A stretch of DNA of 64,000 nt, taken from Mytilus trossulus. Its lineage: Eukaryota. The notes beneath the pieces were generated by a model, which was not told the DNA's origin, searched no databases, and saw nothing but the letters and a program-made list of their open reading frames with translations. The stretch covers positions 43,152,001-43,216,000 of the forward strand of contig NC_086378.1 in assembly GCF_036588685.1 (NCBI RefSeq), written 5' to 3'. Made by a program: the position numbers and the translations under genes. This document shows, one piece after another, positions 24,605 through 38,404 of the stretch (the first letter of the stretch is position 1; the number at the start of each line of letters is the position of its first letter).

Positions 24605-24953
24605 ATTGTTTCAGAAAAAGGGAGAAGGTTTGGGCCCATTAAAACGTTTAATCCCGCTGCAAATGTTTGCACCTGTCCTGAGTCAGGAATCTGATGTACA
24701 GTAGTTGTCGTTTGTTTATGTAATATATACGTGTTTCTCGTTTCTCGTTTGGTTATATAGATTAGACCGTTGGTTTTCCCGTTTGAATGGTTTTACACTA
24801 GTTATTTTGGGGCCCTTTATAGCTTGTTGTTCGGTGTGAGCCAAGGCTCCGTGTTGAAGGCCGTACTTTAACCTATAATGGTTTAATTTTTGAATTGTTG
24901 TTTGGATGGAGAGTTGTCTCATTGGCACTCACACCACATCTTCCTATATCTAT
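24605..24953 (+). mobile_element. Second copy of twister-bearing repeat family B
   Basis: Near identity to 15753-16101. Confidence 0.85.
24611..24694 (+). ncRNA. Twister-like ribozyme motif, type P5 (family B; L4 A->G variant)
   Basis: TCAGA..GGGA GAAGG..T^AA TCCC GC TGCA..TGCA CCTG TCCTGAGT CAGG..TCTGA. Confidence 0.6.
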
Positions 24954-27900
24954 TTACCATATATGTTGCTCCATACGGTTAAAAGATATAATTTATCATA
25001 ACCTAACTAAGATTTTTAGAAACGGTTAAATGAAACATTATACATCTTATTTTATTGAAAAGATATCTCAATAAGTTTCTAAGTTAATTTATTCAAATTA
25101 TGATAAATCTCAATTAGTTGATAACATAGAAAAGTACCGTGACACGTCTTATAGTAATCCTTGCATTTATATATCACCAGCAATCTATTTTTGTTGCAGA
25201 GAAATTGATATAAAATACAATAAAATGTAATAGAAAACAAATATGAAAAACAGTTCATTTTCACAAAAGAGACAGTATATTTAATTGTGAAATTTGACAC
25301 TATTTAAACTAACTAGGCGAGACGACATTCGATAATACATGTTTAATAAATTTTGCTATTATTTTCTTATTTTTGATTTCTTTTACAGTGATATATTTTT
25401 TTCCTTTTTTTTTTCTTTTAAAGTTTTGCGGTAATAGTTTTCTACTTCCTTAATTAGAAAGTTACAAACTAGAATATTATAGTATTCATTACCTATAGCT
25501 TCACAACGAGCAGCAAGAATTATTTAAAATGAGCGTAATAATGTGACATCGTCAAACATACTTTTTGGAGAGTTACTACTAGTATTGATGCCCATTTCAG
25601 ATTAATTTACATTTCACTAAATGATTCCACATTATCTCAATGCATTATGTTATGTGCATCAAGTTAGTTCTAGAACACCAACAGAAAGTTATTGCAGTAT
25701 GCTTATTATTCCAAAAAACTCAAACTGAATACTACTATAAACGCTCTATGTTGGTATCTGGAAGTATTTTATGAATCCAATTTGTCTACAAATTGAAAAT
25801 AATGTATCACAATTGAATCGCTATCAAATATTATATAATATTTTGTCTTATTAGTTTAATTCTAATAACAGTTTAATAGTTTAATATTGAATGAGTATTT
25901 TGTTATTGAGTTTATGCTATATTTGATGTGTTTTTTTTCAGTTTAGGACATCATAACTTTTAAGACTATCCTAAGACACCTATGCATATATCCAAACTTT
26001 AGGACCAAATTTAGAATATGTTTTGTTTTAGGAGACTATCGTTAACCTGACTAAGGACTAAGAGATGTCCGAAGACCATCCTAAGACATGTCCTAGTCCT
26101 AGGATAGCTTCGTTGACACGGCCCAGTCTGGTATCATTCGCATTTTAACTGTAAGTTAAATTGTAAATTGTAAATAGTCCGAGTTCACCATAAAAAAAAA
26201 CTATTTGATATTGTCTGCTTCAAACTCAATAAGATCGTGCAAAAGCGCAAGTCTACTTTTTTCTAAATTATCCAAATTTGAAAAAAACCTCTGAACTGTA
26301 AAGTAATACTGGATAAATGACTTTAGAAGACATTTCTATTCGACATTCAATAGATACGCTATTTCTTCGAAATTTCTGTAACAAACTGTATATTTTTTTT
26401 GTTCCCTTATATTTAATCTAGAATATATAAGATTTTATTTAATAACAGCCGCATCATTGCTTAAGCGGCACACTTGCTTGCATCGTTGTATCCTGCGTGA
26501 ATAATCTTCTTGTTATCGCACCATACAGTTTGATGAATCCTTTTATTTTATTGTGTTGAGATTTTTACTTGTATACTGTTAATGCATGTAGAAAAGTCCT
26601 TTATGAGGAAAGCTAAAGACGTGATGTATAAAAGTTCAATATCCGATGGTAAAAGAGTTACAAGAAACTGATATTTTATTTGATTATAGTCTTTTTCGTA
26701 TTCATGTATTACATAAATGAATGCAGAATATTAAAAAATCAAGGATATGTGATGCATAAATCTTTATTTATTTTTGAATATGAGACTTTTAACATTAATG
26801 TAATAAATCAAAGATAAGATAAAAGTAACGTTTGAATAGAATACGTATGCTCTAACCTCAATTGTACTAGTAGATAAATCAAACTTTCCCCGTCCTTCGC
26901 ATTGACAGTATGACAAAGATTATGTTAGTAAAAATTTATAAAAAGATAAATAATAATGATTTTACATAAAGGCAAAACAATTTAAGAACATACTGACGTG
27001 ACATTATTATGTCTTCTGAGTCGTCCTTTTTCTGTTATAAAACTTTTTGTTTGCGATGAGATGGGCCGGTTAAATGTTGTCTTAAACAGAATGATAGAGT
27101 ACTTTCACGACAGAAACAAAACTTGTATGCATGTATACTGATAAAGCTTTCGTAAGTATATTCAGTGGCCTGGAGAAATAACTTTTTCAGAGCAAACTAG
27201 TGATTATCTGAAAATACACACTCGGTATCATGTAATATCCCACATAATTGACAATCATAACGAAAGGATAATGACAATCACATGTCACGTTCAAATTCAT
27301 AGAAAACCAAATATGCAATCGTTATACTTGGAATTGTGCAACTTAAGAGCAAAATAATACACAAACGCTCTATTTGTTCAACTTCTTAGCAAGAAAAACA
27401 AAGCTCTCATACTCGGCAATTGGACGCTAAACTTTGGGGAAGTTTTGATATCCGATCATTTCGGGTTGGAATTTGAATCATGTGACGAAGTTAGAGTACT
27501 TTTTTTTTTAATTTTGTCATTGATACATTGATTTCGAACGAAGCTAAATTCTAAATTTCCCTTCGTTTGCAAAATCTTTTCTGCTATTTCACATTTTCTT
27601 CCACAGATATATATATAAATATATAAATGATCTACAATGTCATGTCAATTATTGACACATAGACATTGACACACCAAGAGGTGTAGTGATTGAATACTAG
27701 TAACTGTATAGCACATTGACAATTAAAGACTTTTGGACGATGTAACAGGACTAATTCCATTGCATAGTAGATACTTAGCCAGTCGTAAGCAGCAGTTGAG
27801 TAAGAGGAGTACTCATTTTGCTCATTCGCCTTATTTGTAACACAGAGGTCCCGGGTGGTTCGAGTCCCTGAAGAGACCTTTTGATAAGAGGTATAATTTC

Positions 27901-29186
27901 CGGATTCGGATTCGAGACGATCTACCAGTTTAGATTCAAAACGAATACTAAAAGAATTAAATCTAAAATATTTAAAGATGATAGATTTGAAAATACCTCA
28001 ATAAGAATAAATATAAACTGCCCCATGATTCTGACTGTTTTATTTCGCCCCGTCGTATTGACATGAAAAATATTGTGATCTCAATGCTCTTAACTTTGTA
28101 CTTATATTTTGTCTATTAAACATTTTGATTCTAGCGTCACCGATAGACGAAACGTGTGTCTGGTGTAAAAAACGTGAAAGACAGTTATCTATTAGGAGTT
28201 TATTGATATCTTGTAAGATAATGTGTATTTCAATAAGTATATGGACCAAGACAAAAACAACACTTCTTTCCCAAAGGTTCGAGAGACTTGTTCAAATGTA
28301 TATGAATAATCTTAATATTGTTCTGGTTTTCTCAAACAGAATGATAGAAAGATTCAAATGTGGACGGAGGTTAAAACAGGCTAACAGGACAGTTCGCTTA
28401 GTATTCAACGTTTTTATTTTGTTTACATGAATCATAAGTATCGCAATTTTGTGTATTTAAAAAAAATTAAAAAAAATAATGTAGAAATTATTGTTATTCT
28501 CTAAGATACATTATCATCCTTCAGGATTTTACTTTCTCGGGCGTAATACTTATATTACTTCATTTCATTTCGTCTTTTCAAACGTTAGAAAATATATAAT
28601 TAAGTTGACAGAATTATAAAATGCATTTTTCATAACAATGCACTTATTAGATCTTGAAAATTGTAAACATTCTTATACAAACAATTCAGAGTATTTAGGA
28701 ATTATTTTTGCCAAAGGACAACTAATGTACAAAATACACTTTATATTGAATAAATCATTTATCCACGATGTTTTTCATGCTTAATGGCTACGAATTATGC
28801 AGTAAACTGACCTTGTAAAGTCAACAGTACTTTAGAATTCACATATACTACATTGGAAAAAAATATCCAACAGTTGGAACTAAATGACAAATCTTTTTTA
28901 GAATGGTTGAACCGGTTGTTATATTAGTGATATTTTGATAATCAACTTACATTTGACTAAAATAAATGTTGCATTGGTGATATGCTGACGAACACAAGTT
29001 AGGTCATTTCCCGAAAAAAACCACTAACGTAACAAAATAGTTGTAGAAAGTGTTAAGGTGCTTGTATACTCATAGAGGAAGCTTTTACCTAAAACAAGAG
29101 ACTTCAGCCTATTAACTACTGTTTATATCTTTCGAAAATATACATAACGACCAATAATAATTCAGTAAAACAAATTATTCTACATT

Positions 29187-29277
29187 GGCTGGAGGTATAG
29201 GGGGAGGGTTGAGATCTCACAAACATGTTTAACCCCGCCGCATTTTTGCGCCTGTCCCAAGTCAGGAGCCTCTGGCC
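29187..29277 (+). ncRNA. Twister-like ribozyme motif, type P5 (family A)
   Basis: GGCTGGAGGT ata GGGG GAGGG...T^AA CCCC GC CGCA tttt TGCG CCTG TCCCAAGT CAGG a GCCTCTGGCC; 10-bp P5, P2, P3, P4 and the UCCCAAG loop. Confidence 0.72.
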
Positions 29278-29514
29278 TTTGTTAGTCTTGTATTATTTTA
29301 ATTTTAGTTTCTTGTGTACAATTTGGAAATTAGTATGGCGTTCATTATCACTGAACTAGTATATATTTGTTTAGGGGCCAGCTGAAGGACGCCTCCGTGT
29401 GCGGGAATTTCTCGCTACATTGAAGACCTGTTGGTGACCTTCTGCTGTTGTTTTTTTCTATGGTCGGGTTGTTGTCTCTTTGACACATTCCCCATTTCCA
29501 TTCTCAATTTTATT
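29187..29514 (+). mobile_element. Interspersed repeat family A that begins with a twister-like motif
   Basis: GC-richer island in AT-rich DNA; partial copies at 8268-8428 and 31718-31808. Confidence 0.75.
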
Positions 29515-29699
29515 GAATGAGCATTTGAGATGTAAACGAATGATACAGATTCAGTTTACCCCATTATGTATTACTGCATCCCACCAGCAGTTCAAATAAA
29601 ACCATATCAATTTCAATGCCATCTTTTAATTGCTTGAAGGGGTTGTAACCTAAGTGTCAGTACAATAACATTATTCAATAAATAGAAATTTGCATCGAA

Positions 29700-30593
29700 G
29701 TTACGCGCGATGTTCGTACATGTAAGCGTAACACAACGTCGCGAATATTTCTTAACGTTCTAACAAAAACTTCGACTGAAGCGTTGTTTTTAAGCCAGTG
29801 CGACATTCTTGTAAGACTCCGCAAAATCGATGGTGCTTTTTAACTACTTATTGAAAATTTATGTATTTTAGATTTTTTTTAAATTAAGAAAAATAACATT
29901 TTAAAAAATCATAAAATTCTACCATTATAGGAGCTGTGATAAGCGAACAATTGGCGTAAATTTGAGCTGAGTTCGTTTTTACGTCAAAAACTGGCGGTGC
30001 GACAACCTTGTAAGCCTTTGAAAAATCGCTCATAAATTACCGTATATCATTTTTCAGGATATTTGTCTTTAAATTCATAAAATTAAGCAAATTAACATTG
30101 AAGTAGTAAATACAAATACTAACCTTTTTCATTTTAGATAAAGGGTTTTTTGATTCTCAAATCTGGAATCCCATTTTTTTTCCCGTGGGACAGATTTGCC
30201 CTTGTAGTATGGAACACATTTTTTTTCCTATGACGTCATCATAACGTCATAAAAAATGCATAAAAGACAGAAGGAACCTTTCTGTTTAAGAAGAAAAAAA
30301 AACGTTTTTCAAAATATCAAATAGTTTAGACGAAAATCATAGTTTAGTGGTTACAATTAATGAAATACGTTACGCGGGACAGCCTAAACATAGCCGGTTT
30401 TTAAAATCGAAGCCTGTCGCAGGCAGCATAAAACATAGTTTCAATAATTTTTTTTTTCCGTTTTTATTTTAAAAACATTATTTTTTAAAATACGTACAAA
30501 GCTATGAATATGACATCACAAAATTATATATTTTGGACTTGTATCTTGCCAACTAAGCCGATTTTCCAATGAGGTACGAACATCGCGCGTAAC
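29700..30593. mobile_element. Non-autonomous DNA transposon with 20-bp TIR
   Basis: GTTACGCGCGATGTTCGTAC at 29700-29719 and its reverse complement at 30574-30593; TSD not resolved. Confidence 0.7.
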
Positions 30594-31097
30594 GTCATAA
30601 TTATACTAGTTCTGAGGCACTGACTACTAAGTTCCTACTACTCTGCGGGACTGATTGTCAATCAGCAGCATAATCATTCGATTTCAACGTGAACAGCTGA
30701 AAGGTTAAATTACAATAGTTTTATATTCCTAACCATACTTGAAATTGGTATTCTCGCATTATCCTTTTCATATAAAAGTACCCTTATGTTTGGTTGAAGA
30801 TAGAGAAACCGTGTCTGCAATTCATAATTAATATCGAAGTAGATAACTTACAGTCGCATTGACATTAAAATTTCAGTACATCAGAAGGGTGGTTTTCATC
30901 CTTCCACACACTTTTCTGGTACCTGCGCCTAGAATGGTTACTTTGGGGGCCGCCTCGGTTGGTCAGAGTTGTCCCCTTCTTTGATCTGGACAACTGCTGA
31001 AATCTCTTCGGTGTGTCTGTTCCCGATGAATCTGCCGGTGGTTCTCTTGGAGTAATTCGGCGATTCCTTTGTTTTGGGATGGGGATTGTCCTTGTTA

Positions 31098-31140
31098 ACC
31101 TACCTACCTACCTACCTACCTACATACATACATACATACA
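31098..31140 (+). repeat. Compound microsatellite (ACCT)n(ACAT)n
   Basis: Read directly; ends a GC-richer ~190-bp segment that may be a retroelement 3' end. Confidence 0.9.
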
Positions 31141-32289
31141 CGCATAAATAGCTTGAAGCTTCATTTCAATATTGAAATAAGCAGCAGACGTAAAGTACAA
31201 TATGATATTACAGTATGTGACCATTGAGTCAATGAGCAAACCAACAAAGTTGGATATACGTTATGACATTATTGAGAACGAAGACTGTTGAATCTGTGTA
31301 CAAATCTGTGTAAAATATAAATGGTACTACAGTACAAAAAAGTTAATATGATCAAATGACCATACACTATCAAAACCTGGGAACTGAAGTGTGTAGTATA
31401 CAATTTCTAATTATAAAAAGCTATTTCATGTTCAGTTAAAAAATTACGACATAATTCAAGCGTGAAAATGTCATCATAATTCAATCATATCGCATAAAAA
31501 TCTACTCAAAAGGATGTTTTAAGAAGGTAAAAAGGTGATAGATTTTTACAAGAACGTTCATTTTGTCTTGCAAGAAGTGGGTTATTTTTTTTCAAGTCTA
31601 ACACTCTGTTCCAAATGATAAACATGGAGAATCTGCAGATTATAAATTGAACTGAAATTAGCATGGGCATGATTTATGCATAGCTTTAATTGATTTTTCA
31701 CATCAAACTAAAATATTCAAAGATTCATTGGTGGCCTTCGGCTGTTGTCTGCTCTGTGGTCGGGTTGTTGTCGCTTTGACACATTCACCATTTCCTTTCT
31801 CAATTTTAAAGATACCTTACATTTGACTTTCATGTTATGCCTCTTTCAGTATTTTAGCTCAACGTGTATTTATCATCCGTCAGCTGTCTTCAATTTTGAT
31901 TTTTGGTTGTAAATAACAATTTAGAAATTTGATTCAAAATACAACCAGTAGTAGTTTACCATAGTTATGATTTCAAACATTTATTTAGAAGAAATCAAAC
32001 CAAGAAAAATAAAAAAAAATAAAAAATAAAAAGACAGCCTGAGTTTATCAAACAAACTGCATACGAGGTAGACGGATGCGTTGACGGAATAGACATCTCC
32101 TGCTATGCATAACATGCCACACGGACACACCGTATTGGTCAATAAATTTGTTATAGTGACCGGAAAAACTCATGAAGTGTCAATTCCAGTCCTTTTTCCT
32201 CATAACACTGTTTAGGCTTTCAATGAAGTTCATCTAGGGTGAGCCTGCACGAGCGTAACGTATTAATTGGGATATGTAAACGACGAACA

Positions 32290-32818
32290 TATAAGCAGAA
32301 GATCAAAGAAGCCAGTTCATTTAATTTCACTTTCAGATACATGTATATTGATGATGTTCTTTCCATAAACAATCCAAACTTTTTCTGATTGGGTTCCATT
32401 GATATATTCCCCAGAACTTGAAACTAAAGAAACAACAGACACGTCTTCCTCTGCCTCATATTTTAGACCTATATCTCGAATTTGACATACACGGTCATCT
32501 CAGTACCAGAATCTGAGACAAATGAGACGATTTTGATTTTGAAATTATCAATTTCCTCACCTTAGTAGCAATATACCAACTTCACCTGCATATGGGATAT
32601 ACATTTCCCAACTTATTCGGTATTCAAGAGCTTGCAGCTCCTACTCAAGACTTTGTAAAACGTCACCAGTGTCTGAACAGAAAGTTGATAAACCAGGGGT
32701 ATGTCAAAGAAAGTCTCGTTATTTTTCTTTAAAAAAGTTCATCGGAAGGTAGCAAGACCTTGTTGATAAATATTCCGTATCAGCTTCACAAATTATACAC
32801 GATGGTCTCGAACTATAG
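32290..32818 (+). pseudogene. Degraded Penelope-like reverse transcriptase
   Basis: Frameshifted translation FNFTFRY..IDDVLSINNP...ELETKETTDT...FLDL...DDFDFEIINF.HLSSNIPTSPAYGIYISQLIRYSRACS (YIDD-type RT motif). Confidence 0.8.
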
Positions 32819-32932
32819 ATTCTACGTACTGACGTAGTTTGTCATTTTAATAACGTGTTATACTATTCTTTTATTTGTCTTTATTAATTTAACTTTTACT
32901 GTTTAGTCTGTTTTTATTGATATCTTTTTGGC

Positions 32933-33445
32933 GTGGCTCGGTATTTGTACATCCCGTCAATATGTTATTGTTCTATGGTAATTCTCGTATTCTTGTCTTT
33001 CATTTTTGCCAATGTGCTTTGTCCATATGCCTTTTGGTGTTTCTTTGATGTATCTGACGTGGCTCTGTACTTATACATCCCGTTATTGTGCTATTGTAAA
33101 ACATTTTTGTATTCTTTTCTTTCATTTTTGATAATGTGCTTTGTCTATTTGCCTTTTAATGTTTCTTTGATACATTTAAGATGTGGTACTGCTGTACTTA
33201 TACATTCCGTCATTGTGTTATTGTATTTTAGTACCTTTGTGTAGTCTTCTCTTTAATGTTTGCTAATATGCTTGGTCTATGTGCCATTTTGTCTATATGC
33301 CTTTCTATGTTTTTTTGATACATTTCAGATGTTGTAACTGCTGTACTTATACATTCCGTCATTGTGTTATTGTATTATAGTATATTTGTGTATTCTTGTC
33401 TTTAATGATTGCTTATATGCTTGGTCTATGTGCCATTTTGTGCTT
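32933..33445 (+). repeat. Four diverged ~125-bp tandem repeats downstream of the RT relic
   Basis: gtgg..ctgtacttatacat.ccgtc units at 32933, 33059, 33183, 33331. Confidence 0.75.
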
Positions 33446-33605
33446 TTACTTTGTACTGCTGAGAAATTTCAATTTGAAGTCATACCTTTTTTCAAAGATT
33501 ACCATGTGTGTTAATATTATGAAAAAGATCATGAATTAAAGCAGGCCTTTAACTTTCGATATTATATATAGTATCAAAGAACGCCAGCCCTCGCAGAAAT
33601 ATGAG

Positions 33606-34060
33606 TTATTGATAGACAAGAAAGTCATCTATACATCTGAAAGTGAAATTAAAGATCTTTGAAGGTAGCTTTTCCATTTTGTTTTTTAGTGTGAATTCTG
33701 CTTCATATGATATATACACAGTTAACGCCGTAACAATTCGTTCCCTTAGAATAAAGACGTATATGTTGATACTACTTTTGTTTGAATGTAATATCATCAA
33801 CCCAGTTGCCTTGTCTATGGTATATAGCTTATTTATAAATTTCCCAGCTTAAACACTTTGTACATTTGACCAAAAGTAAGGTTGTATCTCCCTTGAGAAA
33901 AGCTGACTGTTCTCTTTCTTTTCAGACCAAGTGTGCTTATGCAGCTCCTAATGCATCCATGTCTTAAGTATCCTAATTGGTTTTTTTTTCTGTGATGGAA
34001 AAAGAAGAGTGTCCGACGCAACAAACGCAGTGCACTATACTCCATTTTTAAGTCGTTCAA
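33606..34060 (-). pseudogene. Second, more degraded Penelope-like RT fragment (opposite strand)
   Basis: ORF remnant ...SYEAEF...IFNFTFRCIDDFL. Confidence 0.6.
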
Positions 34061-37000
34061 TTCAACTGTGAGTATTTTGTTAATAAGTTATAAGTACATA
34101 TTATTGAACTAAAAATATTATAAGGTAATAATTTAATTTAAGCAACACTGGTTTTTGCCGGTTTCTGAATATTTATGAGTTTGACTGTCCTTCTGGTATC
34201 TTTCGTCCCTCTTTTCCAAACGTAAAAAACACTCCTGTTTGGCTTTTAACACTTAAGCGTATTTATTGATGTTAATATCAGAAATATATCCTGAATAGTT
34301 CGTTTTTTTTAATTTTACGTCAGTATTGATAAATTTCGATAAATTTTTCACTGACTATATATTTTTAATATTTTATTACTTATATGATTTCAATTCGTCT
34401 AAATAATTATGCAGAATTTGCCCTATAGAATGTCTTCCTTTAAAAGTTATATACACCAACCGAAGCTTTATAGTAAAATGTAATGACGCTAAAAAAAAAA
34501 TCTTGCATAGGGTCCGGGAACACAGTTATCGTAAGTAAAGTCCCTAGTTAGGACAGTGTATTACTTGCAATTTCTTTTTCTTACCCCTTTCAAATTTATT
34601 TCTTCATATGTTATGCCTCTAGTAGCAAGAAGGGGATATAATTATCCATACTTTAAGTTAGACCTGATGAAGTTTTCTATGATTTTGATAATAATATTTA
34701 TCCCTAAAGTAGTATATCACACTGTAAAAAGATAATTGAGAAAGCGCCATAGCGATTTTTCGCATTTTCGTTTATTGTCAAAAAGAAATATACTACAAAA
34801 TAACTGTGTTCTCATAGTGTGAAAAGAAATCGCTTATCCTGTCCATGCACCTGGTCTAATTTTTGTAGGAGTTCATTCGATTCCTATTGTTTAAATCCCA
34901 TTTATATTTCACATACCTGAACCTATGAACTATTAACTGAACATTAACTTAGCTTGATTTTTTTTATGACCATGCGTATAAAGTTTTTTTATTTTGGTTC
35001 ACTCAACCCAATTGTACATAAAAACTTAATAAAAGAAATCGTCACAAAAACCACACCGTAAAATAGACCACGTCAACCACCCACACCTGACTCCTCTAAA
35101 AAATGGGACATTAATTTGAAAAGTAAGGTCAAAACGTGTTCACTACTACAGAAAGCTACAGCTAAGCGGCAGCATTTATTAGATCATCAGGATACTGCTG
35201 TTTAGTGGGGAAAAGAAATAAGACTCCTCACATCTTCCATAGAGTCTCATCAAACATTTGATTAAATCTTCTGTATTTTTGTGAGGCCATATAATTTTTA
35301 TAATCATCAGACCATTTGAAAAAAGGAATCCTGATTACTGAACAAGAGAGTCCATCACACTTTTAGCAATTCCAACGCTGTTCGACTTACGACATAGAAA
35401 GGAAAAAACAACTGATCTTAATGTTTTCTGAAAGAATTAATGTTAGGACATATCAACCCAACTGCTTTGACTTCAGAGTACACTAAAAATACATACACAA
35501 ATCAAGAAGAAAGCTGAGCCATTGACAAAGAAAATTGCAGTTTCGGACAATCGGTATCACCAGAATCCGAAGTCATCGTTTGTTTTAAACGTCATCCTTG
35601 GACAATTAAACCACTCTAAAAAGTACCTTCCTGTTATCCTAATAATCGAATAAATCTTTAAAAACTGAAAATAAATCAAGTCCGAAAAAGAGCACAGAAC
35701 AAAAAACAGTTAAGAGAGAAGTAAGTTTGATACATTTTATATTAGTCAAGGGTAATTTGATGTGTGCATGCACTTATTAAGATGGTTGAAGTTTTACCGA
35801 AATATTAGAAAATTCCATGAAGTGTGGGAATTTTTAAAAGCCATAATCATCATTGCATAACTCATTACATATACTTAAAAAAATATCTTTAGACTAATCT
35901 CTATATGATGTGTTTATGCAACAAAGATGACATCAACAACGCACGGTGCATAGCGATGAATGTAACCTTGTTCAAATGCGTGGTTGTACTTTAAATGTTT
36001 AAACAACGCAATTCAATTCTTTGGTATGACTAAATTTGCTATACACAAGAAACCGTTTATAAATTTCATTTTTAAATTCAATCTTTGGTTGTTCACAACA
36101 AAGATAACTTTATAAGTTGATTTTTTTTTATAAATTAAATTACTTTTACTCGAACAGTCTGTGAAACGTGAATTATCTCATTGTTTATGTTTGCGTCATT
36201 TGTTTTGAGTATTGGATTTTAAAACATTCATTGTATTTTATATCATTCATTCATTTATAGTTGTAAACGTTTGTGAACTTGCGTCGGATAACTGTTTTTA
36301 TTAACACAAATGAATAAATCAGATGAGATATTTTGAAGCCAAGGGACAACTACAGCGGAACATTATAAATCAGGACGAAAAAAATTAGTTGGTATTGTCC
36401 AGAGAGATCAAGTCCTATTATATTAATGAAAAATTTCTTGATTGAAATGAGAGGCGAATTATACCAAAGGAATATTTAAACTAAGAAGTCGAAGTAAAGC
36501 TTCAAAGTGCCATTGCATTGACCAAAACGGAAAAAAACGACCAAAAGACATTCAACAGTCAGCAAAGCACAACATAGAAAACTAAAAACTGAGCAACACA
36601 AACACTACCAAAATAACCGGGGTGATGTCATGTGCTGTGGAAGGGTAAGCGGATTCAAAATGTGACATCCGTAGTGTTGCGCATGTTAATACAAATCAGG
36701 CGAAAGTTTAATTCGGTAATGTCATATTCGAGGAATAGAGAACAAGTATGATGATTTATACATAAATGGTAAGGTGGGTATCTGATCATCTGAATCATCG
36801 TCTTCAAAACCCTCCAATAAAGGAGTTCAAAGAAAGATATTTCAAGATATGAAGGCATAAATTAATTGTGACCACCATTATGTATCATTACAAAATAACA
36901 ACCAATGCTAACAGTTCTCAACGGATTTAATATTGAAACAGGACACCCTTCGATTACTGAAAGGGGTATCTTCAACTAATGCCAACACTTGAAAATTATA

Positions 37001-38404
37001 TATTCAACCTTTGCCAACAAATGCAATAGATGTTGTTAAAACAAGTAAATATTTAATTATAGGGGTAAAATACAACTTCATTATTTTTAAGCAGTAAAAG
37101 AAAGAACAATAAAATACTTGCCAACTTAATATGTGGTGGTAAATATGAAATTTGAAAAAAGGCAAAAATTTTAAAATGAAATGCTTAAAACTTGGCAAAT
37201 TTTGCGTTTCGAATCAAAAACAATCCATCAAACATACTCAAAAATGAAAATAATTAAGTAAAAAACAAATCAATTAATTTTTGAATTTACAAGATTTGTT
37301 CACTTATGTCATGTGTTGATGATTCAATACCGGCAGTGCATGAACTCTAAGTCATTTAAATTCTGTTTTTAAAAGTTGCTTTATCTTTTTTTTGTTAATA
37401 TATTTAGTTTAAACTAGTTTTGAATCAGCTGAAGGATTTATGTTCAATATAAAGTAAACTACCGAACTCCAAAGAAAGTTAAATCGGAAAGTCCCTTATC
37501 AAGTGGCAAAATCAAAAGCTCAAACACAACAAACGAATGGAAACAACTGTCATATTCTTGAATTATGTAGAAATTGTGCAGTAAACATTAGATTTTTACA
37601 TATAAGTTGCATAATTCCTTGCTGAATTTGACAATAATTTTTGAAAAATTAGTATAACTACACACATATGTTTTTTAAAAGTGATCCAGAAGACAATTTT
37701 AATATACAGAGAATTGCTCAGAACGTATGAGTCGTGGTATACTATTATCATATTATACTGGAGTGAAATGTCCCACTCAATTCTGCATTTGTATTACTAG
37801 TAGTTGCCTTACTAAACGTGGGATATGAGCCAAAATCTCTTCTAAAGGAAATCAAAGCTAATCAAAGTACTGAAAGACTAGAGATCGGATGACCCCATGT
37901 TCTGGTCAATGGTCACAAACACTTGTCTCAGAACAAAGAAAAATCCTATCTCTATACCTGAAAGTTAGGTTCCGATATATCAAATCTACTCTAACATCGC
38001 TAGGTTGATTTTCCAGGCACTTTATATATATATATATATATGTATACGAGTCTAAATTGAAAACTACGTTCAAACCTATGATTGCGTTGGATAAAAACCG
38101 CAATTTTTATACGTGTGCATGTAAAACAAATTTCGTTGTAGAAGGGTCTAAAAACAGCACAAACAAAATTTTCCAAAAGACCAAAAAAGTGAAAAAGTAT
38201 ACTTAAACAAAACGCATTTGACTAACAGGTCGAACAACTGATGTTCTTTAACCCTGCTGACTGCCATTGGCGATTGCCAAATAAAATTGATCACAAGATG
38301 TAACAAAATGGATCTTAATATAAATTTAATACTAAACAGAATTTTTTTTTAACTTGTGGCCACGATGTTATGCCACAAACATACGGTGTCAATATTTTTT
38401 TAGT

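Noticed and set aside
27780-27880. tRNA/SINE head with B box GGTTCGAGTCC (also GTTCGAATCC near 14903)
   Set aside because: Too degraded; no clear A box, body or TSD
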